Positions 9,387-20,305 of a stretch of 64,000 bases of DNA are shown here, one piece after another; within the stretch, counting starts at the first letter, position 1; the number at the start of each line of letters is the position of its first letter. The stretch is from an uncultured Chloroflexia bacterium (GTDB taxonomy: Bacteria; Chloroflexota; Anaerolineae; Anaerolineales; E44-bin32): NCBI GenBank assembly GCA_963807065.1, contig CAWDZQ010000004.1, forward strand, positions 450,249 through 514,248. Direction: 5' to 3'. The translations under genes were made by a program, and so were the position numbers. The notes under the pieces were generated by a model. The model was not told where the DNA came from. It did no database searches and worked only from the letters and a program-made list of their open reading frames with translations.

Positions 9387-10386
9387 GTCGCACGTCCTCG
9401 ACATACACGGGATACGTCGCTTCTTCGTCGGAGGGGTACGGCGCCGCCTCGGCATGCTGTGTGGCCTCGTCGACGGCCTGCTTGGCCCGCTCCTCTAGCT
9501 CGTCGGCACCGGCCTGATCCAGCAAGCCGTCTTTGTTCAGCCTGTCCTTGAAACGCGTCAGCGGATCGTCCTTCTTGAGCGCATCCAGCTCAGCCTTGGA
9601 GCGGTACGTCCGGTCATCGTCATCCGAAGAGTGCGGAGTCATGCGATTAACCCGGGCTTCCACCAGCGTCGGCCCCTCACCGCTTCGGGCGCGCTCAGCC
9701 GCCTCACCCACCACTCGGTAGACCTCGAGTGAGTCCAAACCGTTCACGCTCACCCCGGCCAGGCCCAGGCCCTTGGCCTTGTCAGCCACGCTGTGCACGC
9801 CCATCTGCAGCTCCTGGCGCACCGAAATTGCGTAGCTGTTATTTTCAACGAAGAAGATCACGGGAAGCTTGTGCACGGCGGCCCAATTCACGCCCTCGTA
9901 CCATTCTCCTTGCGAGGTGCCGCCTTCCCCCACCGAAGTCAGGGCCACGCCGTCATCTCCACGCAGCTTCATGGCCATAGCGATCCCGGTGGCGTGCGTG
10001 GTCTGGGTCGACACCGGAGACGAGTGGCTGACCACGTTCGCGCGTCGCAGGCTCCAGTGACTGGGCATCTGGCGCGCACCTGAGTTGGGTTCACCCTTCT
10101 TTCCCAACAGCCCAAGCATGAATTCCTCGGGGGTCATCCCCAGGGCCAGGAGAAGCGCCAGGTCCCGATAATATGGCACAAACCAGTCGCTTCCTCGCCT
10201 CAGGGCGAAGGCGGCGCCGACCTGGGCGGCTTCGTGTCCAATCCCGGAGATGTGAAACGCGATCTTGCCTTGGCGATGCAGCACCCAGGCGCGCTCGTCC
10301 AACCGGCGCGCCAGCAGCATCGTCCAATACATCTCGAGGACGGTCTCTTTGCTCAAGATGGATTGAGTCTCTTGCGTAACGGCCAT
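9379..10386 (-). CDS. 2-oxoacid dehydrogenase E1 component, alpha subunit (TPP-dependent)
   Basis: Start MAVTQETQ with GGAGG 7 nt upstream. TPP-binding region GEGGTSQGEWYEGVNWAA. The substrate (pyruvate, branched-chain or acetoin) cannot be told from sequence alone. Confidence 0.85.
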   Translation of the reverse strand: MAVTQETQSILSKETVLEMYWTMLLARRLDERAWVLHRQGKIAFHISGIGHEAAQVGAAFALRRGSDWFVPYYRDLALLLALGMTPEEFMLGLLGKKGEPNSGARQMPSHWSLRRANVVSHSSPVSTQTTHATGIAMAMKLRGDDGVALTSVGEGGTSQGEWYEGVNWAAVHKLPVIFFVENNSYAISVRQELQMGVHSVADKAKGLGLAGVSVNGLDSLEVYRVVGEAAERARSGEGPTLVEARVNRMTPHSSDDDDRTYRSKAELDALKKDDPLTRFKDRLNKDGLLDQAGADELEERAKQAVDEATQHAEAAPYPSDEEATYPVYVEDVRHD

Positions 10387-10633
10387 CCCGCAGCCTCCTT
10401 CGAGCTCGTGACAACCTCGACCGCTTGCTCGCCCACGCACATCCGTCTTGCCGCCAGATGGCCCGGCGTAAAAGCCGGCCGGCTTGGGGGACCGAGCCAC
10501 CTGCGTGTCACTGTCTTGCACCGGTCACCCTCGGCCGGATAGCTCCCATCCAGCCGCGGCCCACCGGCTTGACATCTTTCTAATCCTAACCGCTTTGAAA
10601 CCGATGGGGCCCCTCGACGACGGCCAGCCGATT

Positions 10634-10644
10634 TGTGAAAACCT

Positions 10645-10649
<5 letters not shown>
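10634..10649. promoter_or_regulatory. Palindrome TGTGA-N6-TCACA, copy 2 of 5
   Basis: atTTGTGAaaaccTTCACAAat. Overlaps the stop codon of the Fe-S protein gene and lies about 250 nt upstream of the E1-alpha start. Confidence 0.5.
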
Positions 10650-12678
<2,029 letters not shown>

Positions 12679-12828
12679 GGATTGGGCACCGTGGCGAAAG
12701 AGGTTGGCAGTCGCATGAGCCCTCGAGGGGACGGGAAAGCACAAAAAGTGTACCACACGGCCTGCCTGCGCCCGGCGTGGAGCAAGGGGGGTTGGGTTGG
12801 ATTGGTGGAGCGAAAGGGGGGCCGCGGC

Positions 12829-13188
12829 TCAGGCGGCTCGCGCCGAAACGGTCTCCAATTCGGTCGCTCGAACTTCCACCCTCAAAAACACATGGACATC
12901 GTTGAGCGCCTTGTTGAATCGCTCGACGAGATCCTCGTCGGGTGACTTGAAGCGGCGAAGGGTCTGTTGGGCACAGGCCACACAACCCCGCATCGCCCGG
13001 TATGAATCCGTCTCACAGCTCAGACAGCCATCTAAGCGAATCATCATCAGGGAAAAAGCCAAGCTCTCGGGGTCGTCTTCCGGGAGGCGCGTCACCCGTT
13101 CGACCAGCGCGCGCCACACATCGCCGCGGGTATCCTTCAACTGAGGGATAGCGTAAGGTGGGAAGAGAATCTCGTTTTCCGCATACAT
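12829..13188 (-). CDS. Hypothetical protein with CxxC-X11-CxxC motif
   Basis: 119-aa ORF with GGGGAGG upstream. Sequence DGCLSCETDSYRAMRGCVACA suggests a metal site. No family recognised. Confidence 0.5.
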   Translation of the reverse strand: MYAENEILFPPYAIPQLKDTRGDVWRALVERVTRLPEDDPESLAFSLMMIRLDGCLSCETDSYRAMRGCVACAQQTLRRFKSPDEDLVERFNKALNDVHVFLRVEVRATELETVSARAA

Positions 13189-13344
13189 CAGACGCTCAGG
13201 CCTCCCCTTTGTTTGTAGATCATCATGGCTGATGAAACTGGCTGCATTTTAGGTTCGCCGGATTGGGCACCGGCAGGGTACTTTTGTACCAAACCTGTAC
13301 CCTTCTTGATCTTTGATAACACTCAAACCGGCCCCAGGATGCGG

Positions 13345-14865
13345 TTAGGGCGCCCTACGAGCCAAGGCGGTCACCACCAGCGTAGCAAAGTCCACTCTCG
13401 ATATGGCCCCCTGGGGACAGATCCCCCGGGGTGCCGCTTTTCCGCACCCGCCGATCAACCCGCTGTGGAAGGCCGCCTCGAGCCACCAGGCGGACCAGCG
13501 ACCGGTGGGGAGATCGGCGAACAAGCCGGTCGGCGGCGGCGGCACGTAGGAAGTTCCGCCCAACAGACGCATGCCTATGAAGGCCGCTTCCGCCCGTGTC
13601 TCAGGCTGCTCCGGGCAATACTTCACCGGCTCCACGGCGCAGGCCTGGAGCAGGCCTCGGCGGCTCAGGGCTTCAATCGCCACTCTCTTGGCCGGATCGG
13701 TGGGGAGATCGGCGTACGCGCTGCCTTCGTCCGTCACAGGCGGCGCCCCAGCCCTATCAATCAGGCGCCACACCGCTTCCGCCGCTTCTGCCCGGCTCAG
13801 TGGCTCAGACGGGCACAACTTCCGTGGGCTCTGGCCACAGGCTGGAAGGCCGCCCACCTGGGCCAGGGTCGCCACGGCCACGCTGCCCGGGTCATCCAGC
13901 CGAACGTCGGCGAAGCCGGAACAGATTGGCCCATGGGATGCCAAACCGAACCCATAGGCCTGGTCCATCCAGCCGACGATGGCTTCCGCCATCAGCCGGA
14001 CCAGGATCGACCGCCGGGCGTCATCCAGCAGGCTGTACGGGACTTCGATCTGCACCCCATCGACCGAACCACCGCTCTGCGTGCCATGCAATACCACACT
14101 CAGTCCGCCATCGAAGTAGTCAGCCTGCGGCACGGGGTTCTTCGGGGAAGGGGCGACGCTGTAACCGTGCGCCTCGAGCCGTCCACCCAGGCTTTCCGGC
14201 CCCCTCAGCAGCTCCGACTGATCCTCGGCCCCCCAAGTCGCCAGCGATCGCAGGTTCGACTGTAGGACCAACCGGCGACCATCGAGGACCTCATCTGGCT
14301 GGTCCAGGTCGACCACCGTCAATCCATAGCCAAACTCGACTCGCGGCGTGGGACGGCCGTTGCTGTGCAGATCGAAATAGGCGCCCCAACCGCACGCGTG
14401 GGTCACCAGCCGTTCCGCCCGGTCGATCGCGTTATGGTAAGCCTTCCAGGCCGCCGCCGCAGACGGGTTGTGCTGGGCGCCGAGGCTCAGGCTGCGATTG
14501 GGGTCGAGCTTGGTGCGCGCCAGGTGGTTGATCACCACGTAGGGCTGGCGGCCGGTCAAATCCGCCAGCGCTTGCGCCAGTTCGAGTGCAAACTCCATGC
14601 TCCCGGGGTCGTTCAGGACAACGGCGGCGTGCCGGTCGGGGATCCCATCGGGGCGGAGCTCTCCTCCATGCGGAACACTGAGGATGATCGGCAGGTCACC
14701 GTCGCGGGCTTCGATCCACTCCGTAGCGGCAGCTTCGCCCTCCGGCGTAGGCACACCGGCCAGCGTCGAAGCGGCCACCGGGGCGCGAGCTGACAGGGCG
14801 GCGGTCATGGCGACCGCAATGGCCATCCCCATCCAACGGGCGAGCCTCAACCGCGAAGATCTCAT
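13345..14865 (-). CDS. Secreted N-formylglutamate amidohydrolase-fold protein with C-terminal SLH-like repeats
   Basis: Signal peptide MRSSRLRLARWMGMAIAVAMTAALSA. FGase-like ILSVPHGGELRPDGIPDR. Three C-terminal repeats of the type FADxx..A..L...GL..(A)C...P..(F)CP....R(A)E(A)A. Confidence 0.6.
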   Translation of the reverse strand: MRSSRLRLARWMGMAIAVAMTAALSARAPVAASTLAGVPTPEGEAAATEWIEARDGDLPIILSVPHGGELRPDGIPDRHAAVVLNDPGSMEFALELAQALADLTGRQPYVVINHLARTKLDPNRSLSLGAQHNPSAAAAWKAYHNAIDRAERLVTHACGWGAYFDLHSNGRPTPRVEFGYGLTVVDLDQPDEVLDGRRLVLQSNLRSLATWGAEDQSELLRGPESLGGRLEAHGYSVAPSPKNPVPQADYFDGGLSVVLHGTQSGGSVDGVQIEVPYSLLDDARRSILVRLMAEAIVGWMDQAYGFGLASHGPICSGFADVRLDDPGSVAVATLAQVGGLPACGQSPRKLCPSEPLSRAEAAEAVWRLIDRAGAPPVTDEGSAYADLPTDPAKRVAIEALSRRGLLQACAVEPVKYCPEQPETRAEAAFIGMRLLGGTSYVPPPPTGLFADLPTGRWSAWWLEAAFHSGLIGGCGKAAPRGICPQGAISRVDFATLVVTALARRAP

Positions 14866-14919
14866 CGCCAGCGAGTGTAGGTCTTGCGAGAGCGGAAAAG
14901 CAAGGCAAGCTGCGCAAAC

Positions 14920-14957
14920 AAAAAAGGGGCCCGGGGCGGTACGCCGCCCAAGACCCC
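14920..14957 (-). terminator. Rho-independent terminator after the L,D-transpeptidase gene
   Basis: On the minus strand: GGGGTCTTGGGCGGCGTACCGCCCCGGGCCCC followed by TTTTTTGTTT. Confidence 0.7.
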
Positions 14958-14976
14958 GAATTCGCCATGCGCTGGC

Positions 14977-16182
14977 TCAGGCACCGCCAGAACCATACAC
15001 AGAATCATCGGTGGGAGTCTTGCCGCTGGGGTCCCATACATGCACCCATGTGCCTTGATCCGCCCAGGTATACAACCAGTGGGAATCGGCGGGTGAGAGG
15101 TTGACGCAGCCGTGGGATCGCGGGTAGCCGAAGCCATTGTGCCAGTAGGCGCCGTGCAGCGCCCGGGCCTCGTCGAAGTACATCGTCCAGGGGACGTCCT
15201 GAAGGTAATAGTAATCCGCGCGGTCGGCGGCGAAGGCCCCGCTCATCACGGTCTTTTCCAGCTTGGTCGTGATCTGGAAGTCTCCCGGCCGGGTCCACCA
15301 ACCGGGCAGGCCACTGGCCACAAGCGTAGCAAAGACCAACTGGCCCTGATCGTAGACCGCCAGCGTCTGCTCATAGAGATTGATCGAGATCCAGCGGTCC
15401 CCCTCCACCTTGCCCGGGCGGGCTGTGTCCGGGACCACCTTGCCAATCAGGCGGTCCTCAAGCCACTCCCCCGGCGCGATCTCGTACCAGGTGGTGCCGC
15501 CGGCATCGGCCGAATCGTAGATTTGGACCACCTGGTATTTGTTGACCCAGTCCTGGGTGTGGGTTTCGGTTACGCCGGGGGCGGGCGCCGTGTAAGTTCC
15601 CCCGAGTACCCATCCGAAGGTCCGTTCCGGCGTCCGATAGAACGCCAACCCGTGGAAATCCGAAGTGGCGATTTGCCCGCAGTCGCCACCGCCGCGCATG
15701 TATACACCCGAACTCAGCAGGAAGACGGCCTTGCCGTTCTTGACGCTGCAGTCGAGGTAGGAGACGAAGTCGAAGCCCTTATCGATCTGGCCGCTGCTGT
15801 GCTTGGCATCCCGGGCATCGCTTTCCGAGCTGTAGGTGGGGGTGGAGTGATCGCTGCTCAGGCGCAGGTAGGTAAACGGCAGAAACCCCAAATTGGGATC
15901 CAGGCTCACCGTGGGAAGCGGCATCTCCCTAGCCTGGCCCTGGCGAACCTGGGCCGCCAAGGCGCTGGCGGGCCCGTTGGCGGGGCATACCTCACCAAAG
16001 CGCAGTTGCAGCCGGGTGGTGCAGAGATAGTCCGCGCCGTGTCCTCTCCCGGGAGGCGAATCCGCCGCTTCCACCGACACCACCCAGGCGGGTAGCAGCC
16101 ACAGGATAGTCAAAAAGCAGGCTATTCCAGTACCTATGGTCAGGGCACGACGTGCCCGATTTGTTGGCAGCATGTGGTCCAT
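14977..16182 (-). CDS. L,D-transpeptidase (YkuD-domain) protein
   Basis: N-terminal TM/signal segment. C-terminal catalytic signature HGAYWHNGFGYPRSHGCVNLSPADS. Confidence 0.85.
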   Translation of the reverse strand: MDHMLPTNRARRALTIGTGIACFLTILWLLPAWVVSVEAADSPPGRGHGADYLCTTRLQLRFGEVCPANGPASALAAQVRQGQAREMPLPTVSLDPNLGFLPFTYLRLSSDHSTPTYSSESDARDAKHSSGQIDKGFDFVSYLDCSVKNGKAVFLLSSGVYMRGGGDCGQIATSDFHGLAFYRTPERTFGWVLGGTYTAPAPGVTETHTQDWVNKYQVVQIYDSADAGGTTWYEIAPGEWLEDRLIGKVVPDTARPGKVEGDRWISINLYEQTLAVYDQGQLVFATLVASGLPGWWTRPGDFQITTKLEKTVMSGAFAADRADYYYLQDVPWTMYFDEARALHGAYWHNGFGYPRSHGCVNLSPADSHWLYTWADQGTWVHVWDPSGKTPTDDSVYGSGGA

Positions 16183-16229
16183 TATAGCCGTTGGCTTGTC
16201 GCCGAAGGCTGGACCCTTTCTGTCGCCCG

Positions 16230-18026
16230 TCAGTCCCCCTTGTCAACCGCCTCTTTCGCCTGGGCCACAAAGGCCTCCAGCGGCATGGCACCCATGTCTT
16301 CTTCCGATCGAAGTCGGACAGAGACCTCGCCGGCTTCGGCCTCGCGATCGCCGACGACCAGCATATAGGGAATCTTCTGGTTTTGGGCGTCGCGTATCTT
16401 GGCGTTCATACGCTCGGAGCGATCGTTGACCTCCACCCGGAGTTCCTCCGCCCGGAGTTTGTCCGCCACCTGTTGGGCATAGCTCAGGTGTCGGTCGGCG
16501 ATCGGGATGATCTCCACCTGAATTGGAGACAGCCAGACCGGGAAAGCGCCGGCGAAGTGCTCGATCAGGACCGCCATGAAGCGCTCCGTGGAGCCGGTCA
16601 CGGCGCGGTGGAGCACAACCGGAACATGTTCCTCGCCGTCCTCGCCGATGTACGTCAGGCCCAGGCGGGCGGGTTGAATGAAGTCGACCTGGATCGTCGA
16701 CAGCTGCCACTCGCGCCCCAAGACATCCTTGGCCATGAAGTCGGCTTTAGGGCCATAGAAGGCCGCCTCCCCCTCCTCTTCAACAAAGGCCACGCCGCTG
16801 GCCTCCAGCGCCGACCGGAGCGCGGCTGTGGCGCGGTCCCACTTCTCGTCATCCTTGACGTACTTCCCTTCTTGGCCGCGCAAGGAAAGCTGGACCCGGT
16901 AGTCCGAGAACTTGTACCAGTCCAGTACTTCCTGGATCACCTGAAGGGCACGCGCAAATTCGGATTGGATCTGCTCCGGGGTGCAGAAGATGTGGCAGTC
17001 GTCCTGTGTCACGGCGCGCACGCGTGCCAGCCCCGTCAGTTCACCGGTCTTTTCATAGCGGTACAGCGTGGCGAACTCAGAAAACCGCAACGGGAGCTCG
17101 CGATAGGAGTGCAGCCCCATCTCCTTGTACAGGGTCATGTGGCTGGGGCAATTCATCGGCTTGAGGCGATAGGCCACGTTCTCGTCGACCATCGCCGGGA
17201 ACATGACGTCCTGGTAGTTGTCGTAGTGGCCTGAACGTTTGTACAGCTCTTCCTTGACCATGTGCGCCGTCCATACGTGCTGATAGCCGTGGCGGGTTTG
17301 CACGTCGCGCACGAATTTCTCCATCAGATGGCGGACCATCTCACCCTTGGGTGTGAAGAGCGGGATGCCGGGCCCGACGTCCTCGGAGAAATGGAACAGA
17401 CCCAGTTCCTTCCCCAGCTTGCGATGATCGCGCTGTCGCGCCTGCTCCAGCCGCTCCAAGTACTCTTCAAGATCGCTTGCCGATTCCCAGGCCGTGCCGT
17501 AGATACGCTGCAGCATCGGCTTGTGTTCGTCGCCGCGCCAGTAGGCGCCGGCGACGTTCATCAGCTTGATGGCGTCGGGGTTGACCTGCCCCGTGCTGGT
17601 CACATGCGGCCCGCGGCACAAATCCGTGAACGTGTCATCCTGGTAGATCGAGATCTCCGGGGGTTCATCAATTGGCTCGCCGTTTTCGTCCACCGCGCCT
17701 CCCTCCAGTCCCTCGATCAACTCGAGTTTGTAGGGCTGGTCGGCGAAGAGTTGGCGCGCCTCATCCGCCGAGACGACGGTCTTTTCGAAGGGGTGGTCGC
17801 CCTGAATGATCTCGCGCATGCGCTTCTCGATCTTTTCCAGATCATCCGGGGTCAGTGTGCGCGGCAGATCGAAATCGTAGTAGAAACCGTTTTCGATCGG
17901 CGGCCCGATGGCCAGTTTGGCTTCGCCAGGGAACATCTCCTGGACGGCCTGGGCCATGATGTGGGCCGCCGAGTGTCGGACCCGATAGATGTGGGATTCC
18001 GGATACGACTGCTTTTTCTCTGCCAT
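16230..18026 (-). CDS. thrS: Threonine--tRNA ligase (no N-terminal TGS domain)
   Basis: Start MAEKKQSYPESHIYRVRHSAAHIMAQAV with GAAGGAGG upstream. Class II catalytic core and anticodon-binding domain. Preceded by a T-box leader. Confidence 0.95.
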   Translation of the reverse strand: MAEKKQSYPESHIYRVRHSAAHIMAQAVQEMFPGEAKLAIGPPIENGFYYDFDLPRTLTPDDLEKIEKRMREIIQGDHPFEKTVVSADEARQLFADQPYKLELIEGLEGGAVDENGEPIDEPPEISIYQDDTFTDLCRGPHVTSTGQVNPDAIKLMNVAGAYWRGDEHKPMLQRIYGTAWESASDLEEYLERLEQARQRDHRKLGKELGLFHFSEDVGPGIPLFTPKGEMVRHLMEKFVRDVQTRHGYQHVWTAHMVKEELYKRSGHYDNYQDVMFPAMVDENVAYRLKPMNCPSHMTLYKEMGLHSYRELPLRFSEFATLYRYEKTGELTGLARVRAVTQDDCHIFCTPEQIQSEFARALQVIQEVLDWYKFSDYRVQLSLRGQEGKYVKDDEKWDRATAALRSALEASGVAFVEEEGEAAFYGPKADFMAKDVLGREWQLSTIQVDFIQPARLGLTYIGEDGEEHVPVVLHRAVTGSTERFMAVLIEHFAGAFPVWLSPIQVEIIPIADRHLSYAQQVADKLRAEELRVEVNDRSERMNAKIRDAQNQKIPYMLVVGDREAEAGEVSVRLRSEEDMGAMPLEAFVAQAKEAVDKGD

Positions 18027-18057
18027 GTCGACCTCCTTCATGCTTGCCAAGATTGGG

Positions 18058-18336
18058 GCAAGCAAAAAGAGCTCCCGCCCACTGGGACGGGAGCTCCTGC
18101 TCACGTGGTTCCACCCAGATGAATCGACAACGGCCGATCCACTCTGAAGGCCGTTAACGGGGCCCAATCGTTCGCCATACTCTCCCGGCTCGAGGCCAGG
18201 TTTTCCGGCTCTGGCTCACGGGGGGTTTTCACCGCTGGATCCCGAGGGCGCCTCTCAATCGGTGGACGCCGTTCCCTGTCGGGCTTCCTGGACGGCTACT
18301 CGTCCCGGTCTACGCCTCAACGTGCCTCAATTGAGG
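18058..18336 (-). promoter_or_regulatory. T-box riboswitch leader of thrS (candidate ACC Thr specifier)
   Basis: Minus strand carries T-box sequence TGGGTGGAACCACGTG (18101-18116), then terminator GAGCTCCCG..CGGGAGCTC plus TTTTT (18063-18096). Upstream are AGTAG and GAGAG elements and GGTGAAAACC with ACC in a specifier-like context. Confidence 0.75.
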
Positions 18337-18410
18337 TGGGCGGTATTGGACTCGAACCAACGACCTTTGCGATGTCAACGCAACGCTCTAACCAACTGAG
18401 CTAACCGCCC
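18337..18410 (-). tRNA. tRNA-Val (anticodon GAC)
   Basis: 74-nt cloverleaf folded by hand: acceptor GGGCGGT/ACCGCCC, anticodon stem TTGCG/CGCAA with loop TTGACAT, T-loop TTCGAGT. CCA is not encoded. Confidence 0.9.
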
Positions 18411-18422
18411 ATGTGAAATTGC

Positions 18423-18451
18423 ATTATACAGAGCGGGAAACAAAGTTGCAA
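18423..18451 (-). promoter_or_regulatory. Sigma-70-type promoter for tRNA-Val (and probably T-box thrS)
   Basis: Minus strand TTGCAA, 17 nt, TATAAT. The -10 ends 12 nt before the tRNA 5' end. Confidence 0.7.
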
Positions 18452-18480
18452 TAGGCGGGCAGTGGGCGCGGCCGAGTGGG

Positions 18481-19380
18481 CTAATCCCGGCCCGGAAGCC
18501 ACCTGGAGACCGTGCTCATCACTCGCACCTGCCATTCTGGGACGAGGCTGATCGGCGCACGCTGCAGGGTCTCGGACGTGATTTGGCGGCCAACATCGAT
18601 CAGCAGCCCGCTGTTGGCGTAGTCCCAGAAGGGCACCTCCGGGGGTGCGTCGAGCTGGATGCGGCGCACCGGGATTCGATGCCGCCGCGCCCAACGCTCC
18701 TCGATGTCAGCCATATGCTCTACCATCAGCGACAAGGCGGCGTTGCTGATATCGATCATGAACCTCGAATCTCGGGAGCTCATCACCGCATGATGAATCT
18801 CGATGGCGATGACCTGTGTGGCGCCCCGTTCGACGGCCGACCGAATGGGAAGATTGCTGTACACAGCCCCGTCGACATACCGGCGGCCGGCCACCTCCCA
18901 CGGCGGGAGATAGGGCGGCAGCCCGCTGCTGGCCATGGCGCCGTCGATCAGGCGGTCATCATCATGGTCGCCAAAGACCACCAGCTCCGCGGTGTCAAGG
19001 CAGGCCGCCAAGGTGTAAGCCCGGACCCCGGAGACCTTGTGAAGATCTCCGAAGGTGGAGATCCCGGCGGGCAAGTTGTTCTCCACGAACCGGGCCAGCG
19101 CCAGATTGCTAAACAGGCTGGGTTGGTTGGTCACCAGGCGTTGAAGACTCCCCAACAGGCTGAGCGAACCGACCATGGACTGGTCCACTTGCCGCCAGAT
19201 AGCCTGGAGACGCCTGGCGCCTTCCGCCGTCGGGTCGGCAGCGAAGTGGATGGCGTTCAGGGCGCCCGCGGAAGTGCCCACCACCAGCCCCGGTCGAAGG
19301 GCGCCTTCGGCCAGGGCTTCGAGGGCTCCCGCCTGCATCGCCCCGTAGTTTCCGCCCCCACTGAGCACCACTGCCAACAT
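18481..19380 (-). CDS. Patatin-like phospholipase (RssA-like)
   Basis: Start MLAVVLSGGGNYG (oxyanion GGG) with AGGGAGGA upstream. Nucleophile elbow GTSAG. Catalytic Asp in DGAVYSN. Confidence 0.85.
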   Translation of the reverse strand: MLAVVLSGGGNYGAMQAGALEALAEGALRPGLVVGTSAGALNAIHFAADPTAEGARRLQAIWRQVDQSMVGSLSLLGSLQRLVTNQPSLFSNLALARFVENNLPAGISTFGDLHKVSGVRAYTLAACLDTAELVVFGDHDDDRLIDGAMASSGLPPYLPPWEVAGRRYVDGAVYSNLPIRSAVERGATQVIAIEIHHAVMSSRDSRFMIDISNAALSLMVEHMADIEERWARRHRIPVRRIQLDAPPEVPFWDYANSGLLIDVGRQITSETLQRAPISLVPEWQVRVMSTVSRWLPGRD

Positions 19381-19474
19381 TCGTCTTCCTCCCTGCGCAG
19401 CCCGACCCGGCATTCGCCGCTGCCCGGTGCCACCCGTCGATCTCATTGTATCGAAGCCATCCTCGGGGGCTGAA

Positions 19475-19483
19475 TGATATAAT
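19475..19483 (+). promoter_or_regulatory. Extended -10 element (TGATATAAT) placing the dsbA-like ATG at or near the transcription start (leaderless candidate)
   Basis: TGaTATAAT ends 7 nt before the ATG at 19491. No Shine-Dalgarno sequence in between. Confidence 0.45.
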
Positions 19484-19490
19484 CTCGGCC

Positions 19491-20273
19491 ATGTCTGACA
19501 CCCCCGAGAATGGGCCGCCCCACAACCCGAATTTCGAACAGGCCCTGGCCCACGCTTCGGACTCTCCCCCTTCCCCCGAGGCGGCCGCGGCCGATGGCCA
19601 GGGCGAGTTCATCCGCTTTCGCCGCAGTTCGTTCTATGCCGTGTTGCTGCCGGTGGCCTTCTTGGCCGGCTTGGCGGCCGGATACCTCTTCTGGGGCCGA
19701 GGGCTCACCCCGGTGCCGGAGACCCTGGTCGACGGCCCGGCGGCCGTGGCTACCCCGTCCCGCATGGATGTCAGTGCAGACGACGACCCGTCCATTGGTC
19801 CGGCGAACGCCCCGATCACCATCATCGAGTTCAGCGATTTCAATTGCCCCTACTGCCGCCAGTTCAATCAGGTGACTTTCAAGGACCTGATGAACGCGTA
19901 TCCCAACCAGATCCGGTTTGTGTACCGTGACTACCCCATCACCAGCCAGGAATCGTACATCGCCGCCCAAGCCGCCGAGTGTGCGGGCGATCAAGGCGTC
20001 TATTGGGCCTTTCACGACGCACTCTTCTCTGGGCAATACAACCTGGGGCGGGATGCGTATCAGGCCTATGCCGAGGCGCTGGGTCTGGACGGGGACGCGC
20101 TGCTGGCCTGTATTGACTCCGGCAAGTACGCGGGGGAGGTCCAGAACGACGCTCACGATGCGGCCGCTCTGGGAATCACCGGCACGCCGACCTTCTTCGT
20201 CAACGGCATCCCATTGGTGGGCGCCCAACCGCTCGCTCAGTTCAGCCGCGTCATCGACGGCGAACTCAACTAA
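19491..20273 (+). CDS. DsbA-family thiol:disulfide oxidoreductase with N-terminal membrane anchor
   Basis: Thioredoxin-fold active site FNCPYCRQF. One TM segment, FYAVLLPVAFLAGLAAGYLFW. The alternative TTG start at 19446 is not favoured. Confidence 0.8.
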   Translation: MSDTPENGPPHNPNFEQALAHASDSPPSPEAAAADGQGEFIRFRRSSFYAVLLPVAFLAGLAAGYLFWGRGLTPVPETLVDGPAAVATPSRMDVSADDDPSIGPANAPITIIEFSDFNCPYCRQFNQVTFKDLMNAYPNQIRFVYRDYPITSQESYIAAQAAECAGDQGVYWAFHDALFSGQYNLGRDAYQAYAEALGLDGDALLACIDSGKYAGEVQNDAHDAAALGITGTPTFFVNGIPLVGAQPLAQFSRVIDGELN

Positions 20274-20305
20274 ATCCGCCAGGCGGCAACTCCAAACATC
20301 CAGTT

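Noticed and set aside
18481-19380. The two patatin-like genes (18481-19380 and 54651-55643) as effectors of CBASS-like or other defence systems.
   Set aside because: No cyclase, sensor or other defence-associated genes are adjacent. The neighbours are housekeeping genes: tRNA and thrS, a DsbA-like gene, lipB and an aldo/keto reductase.
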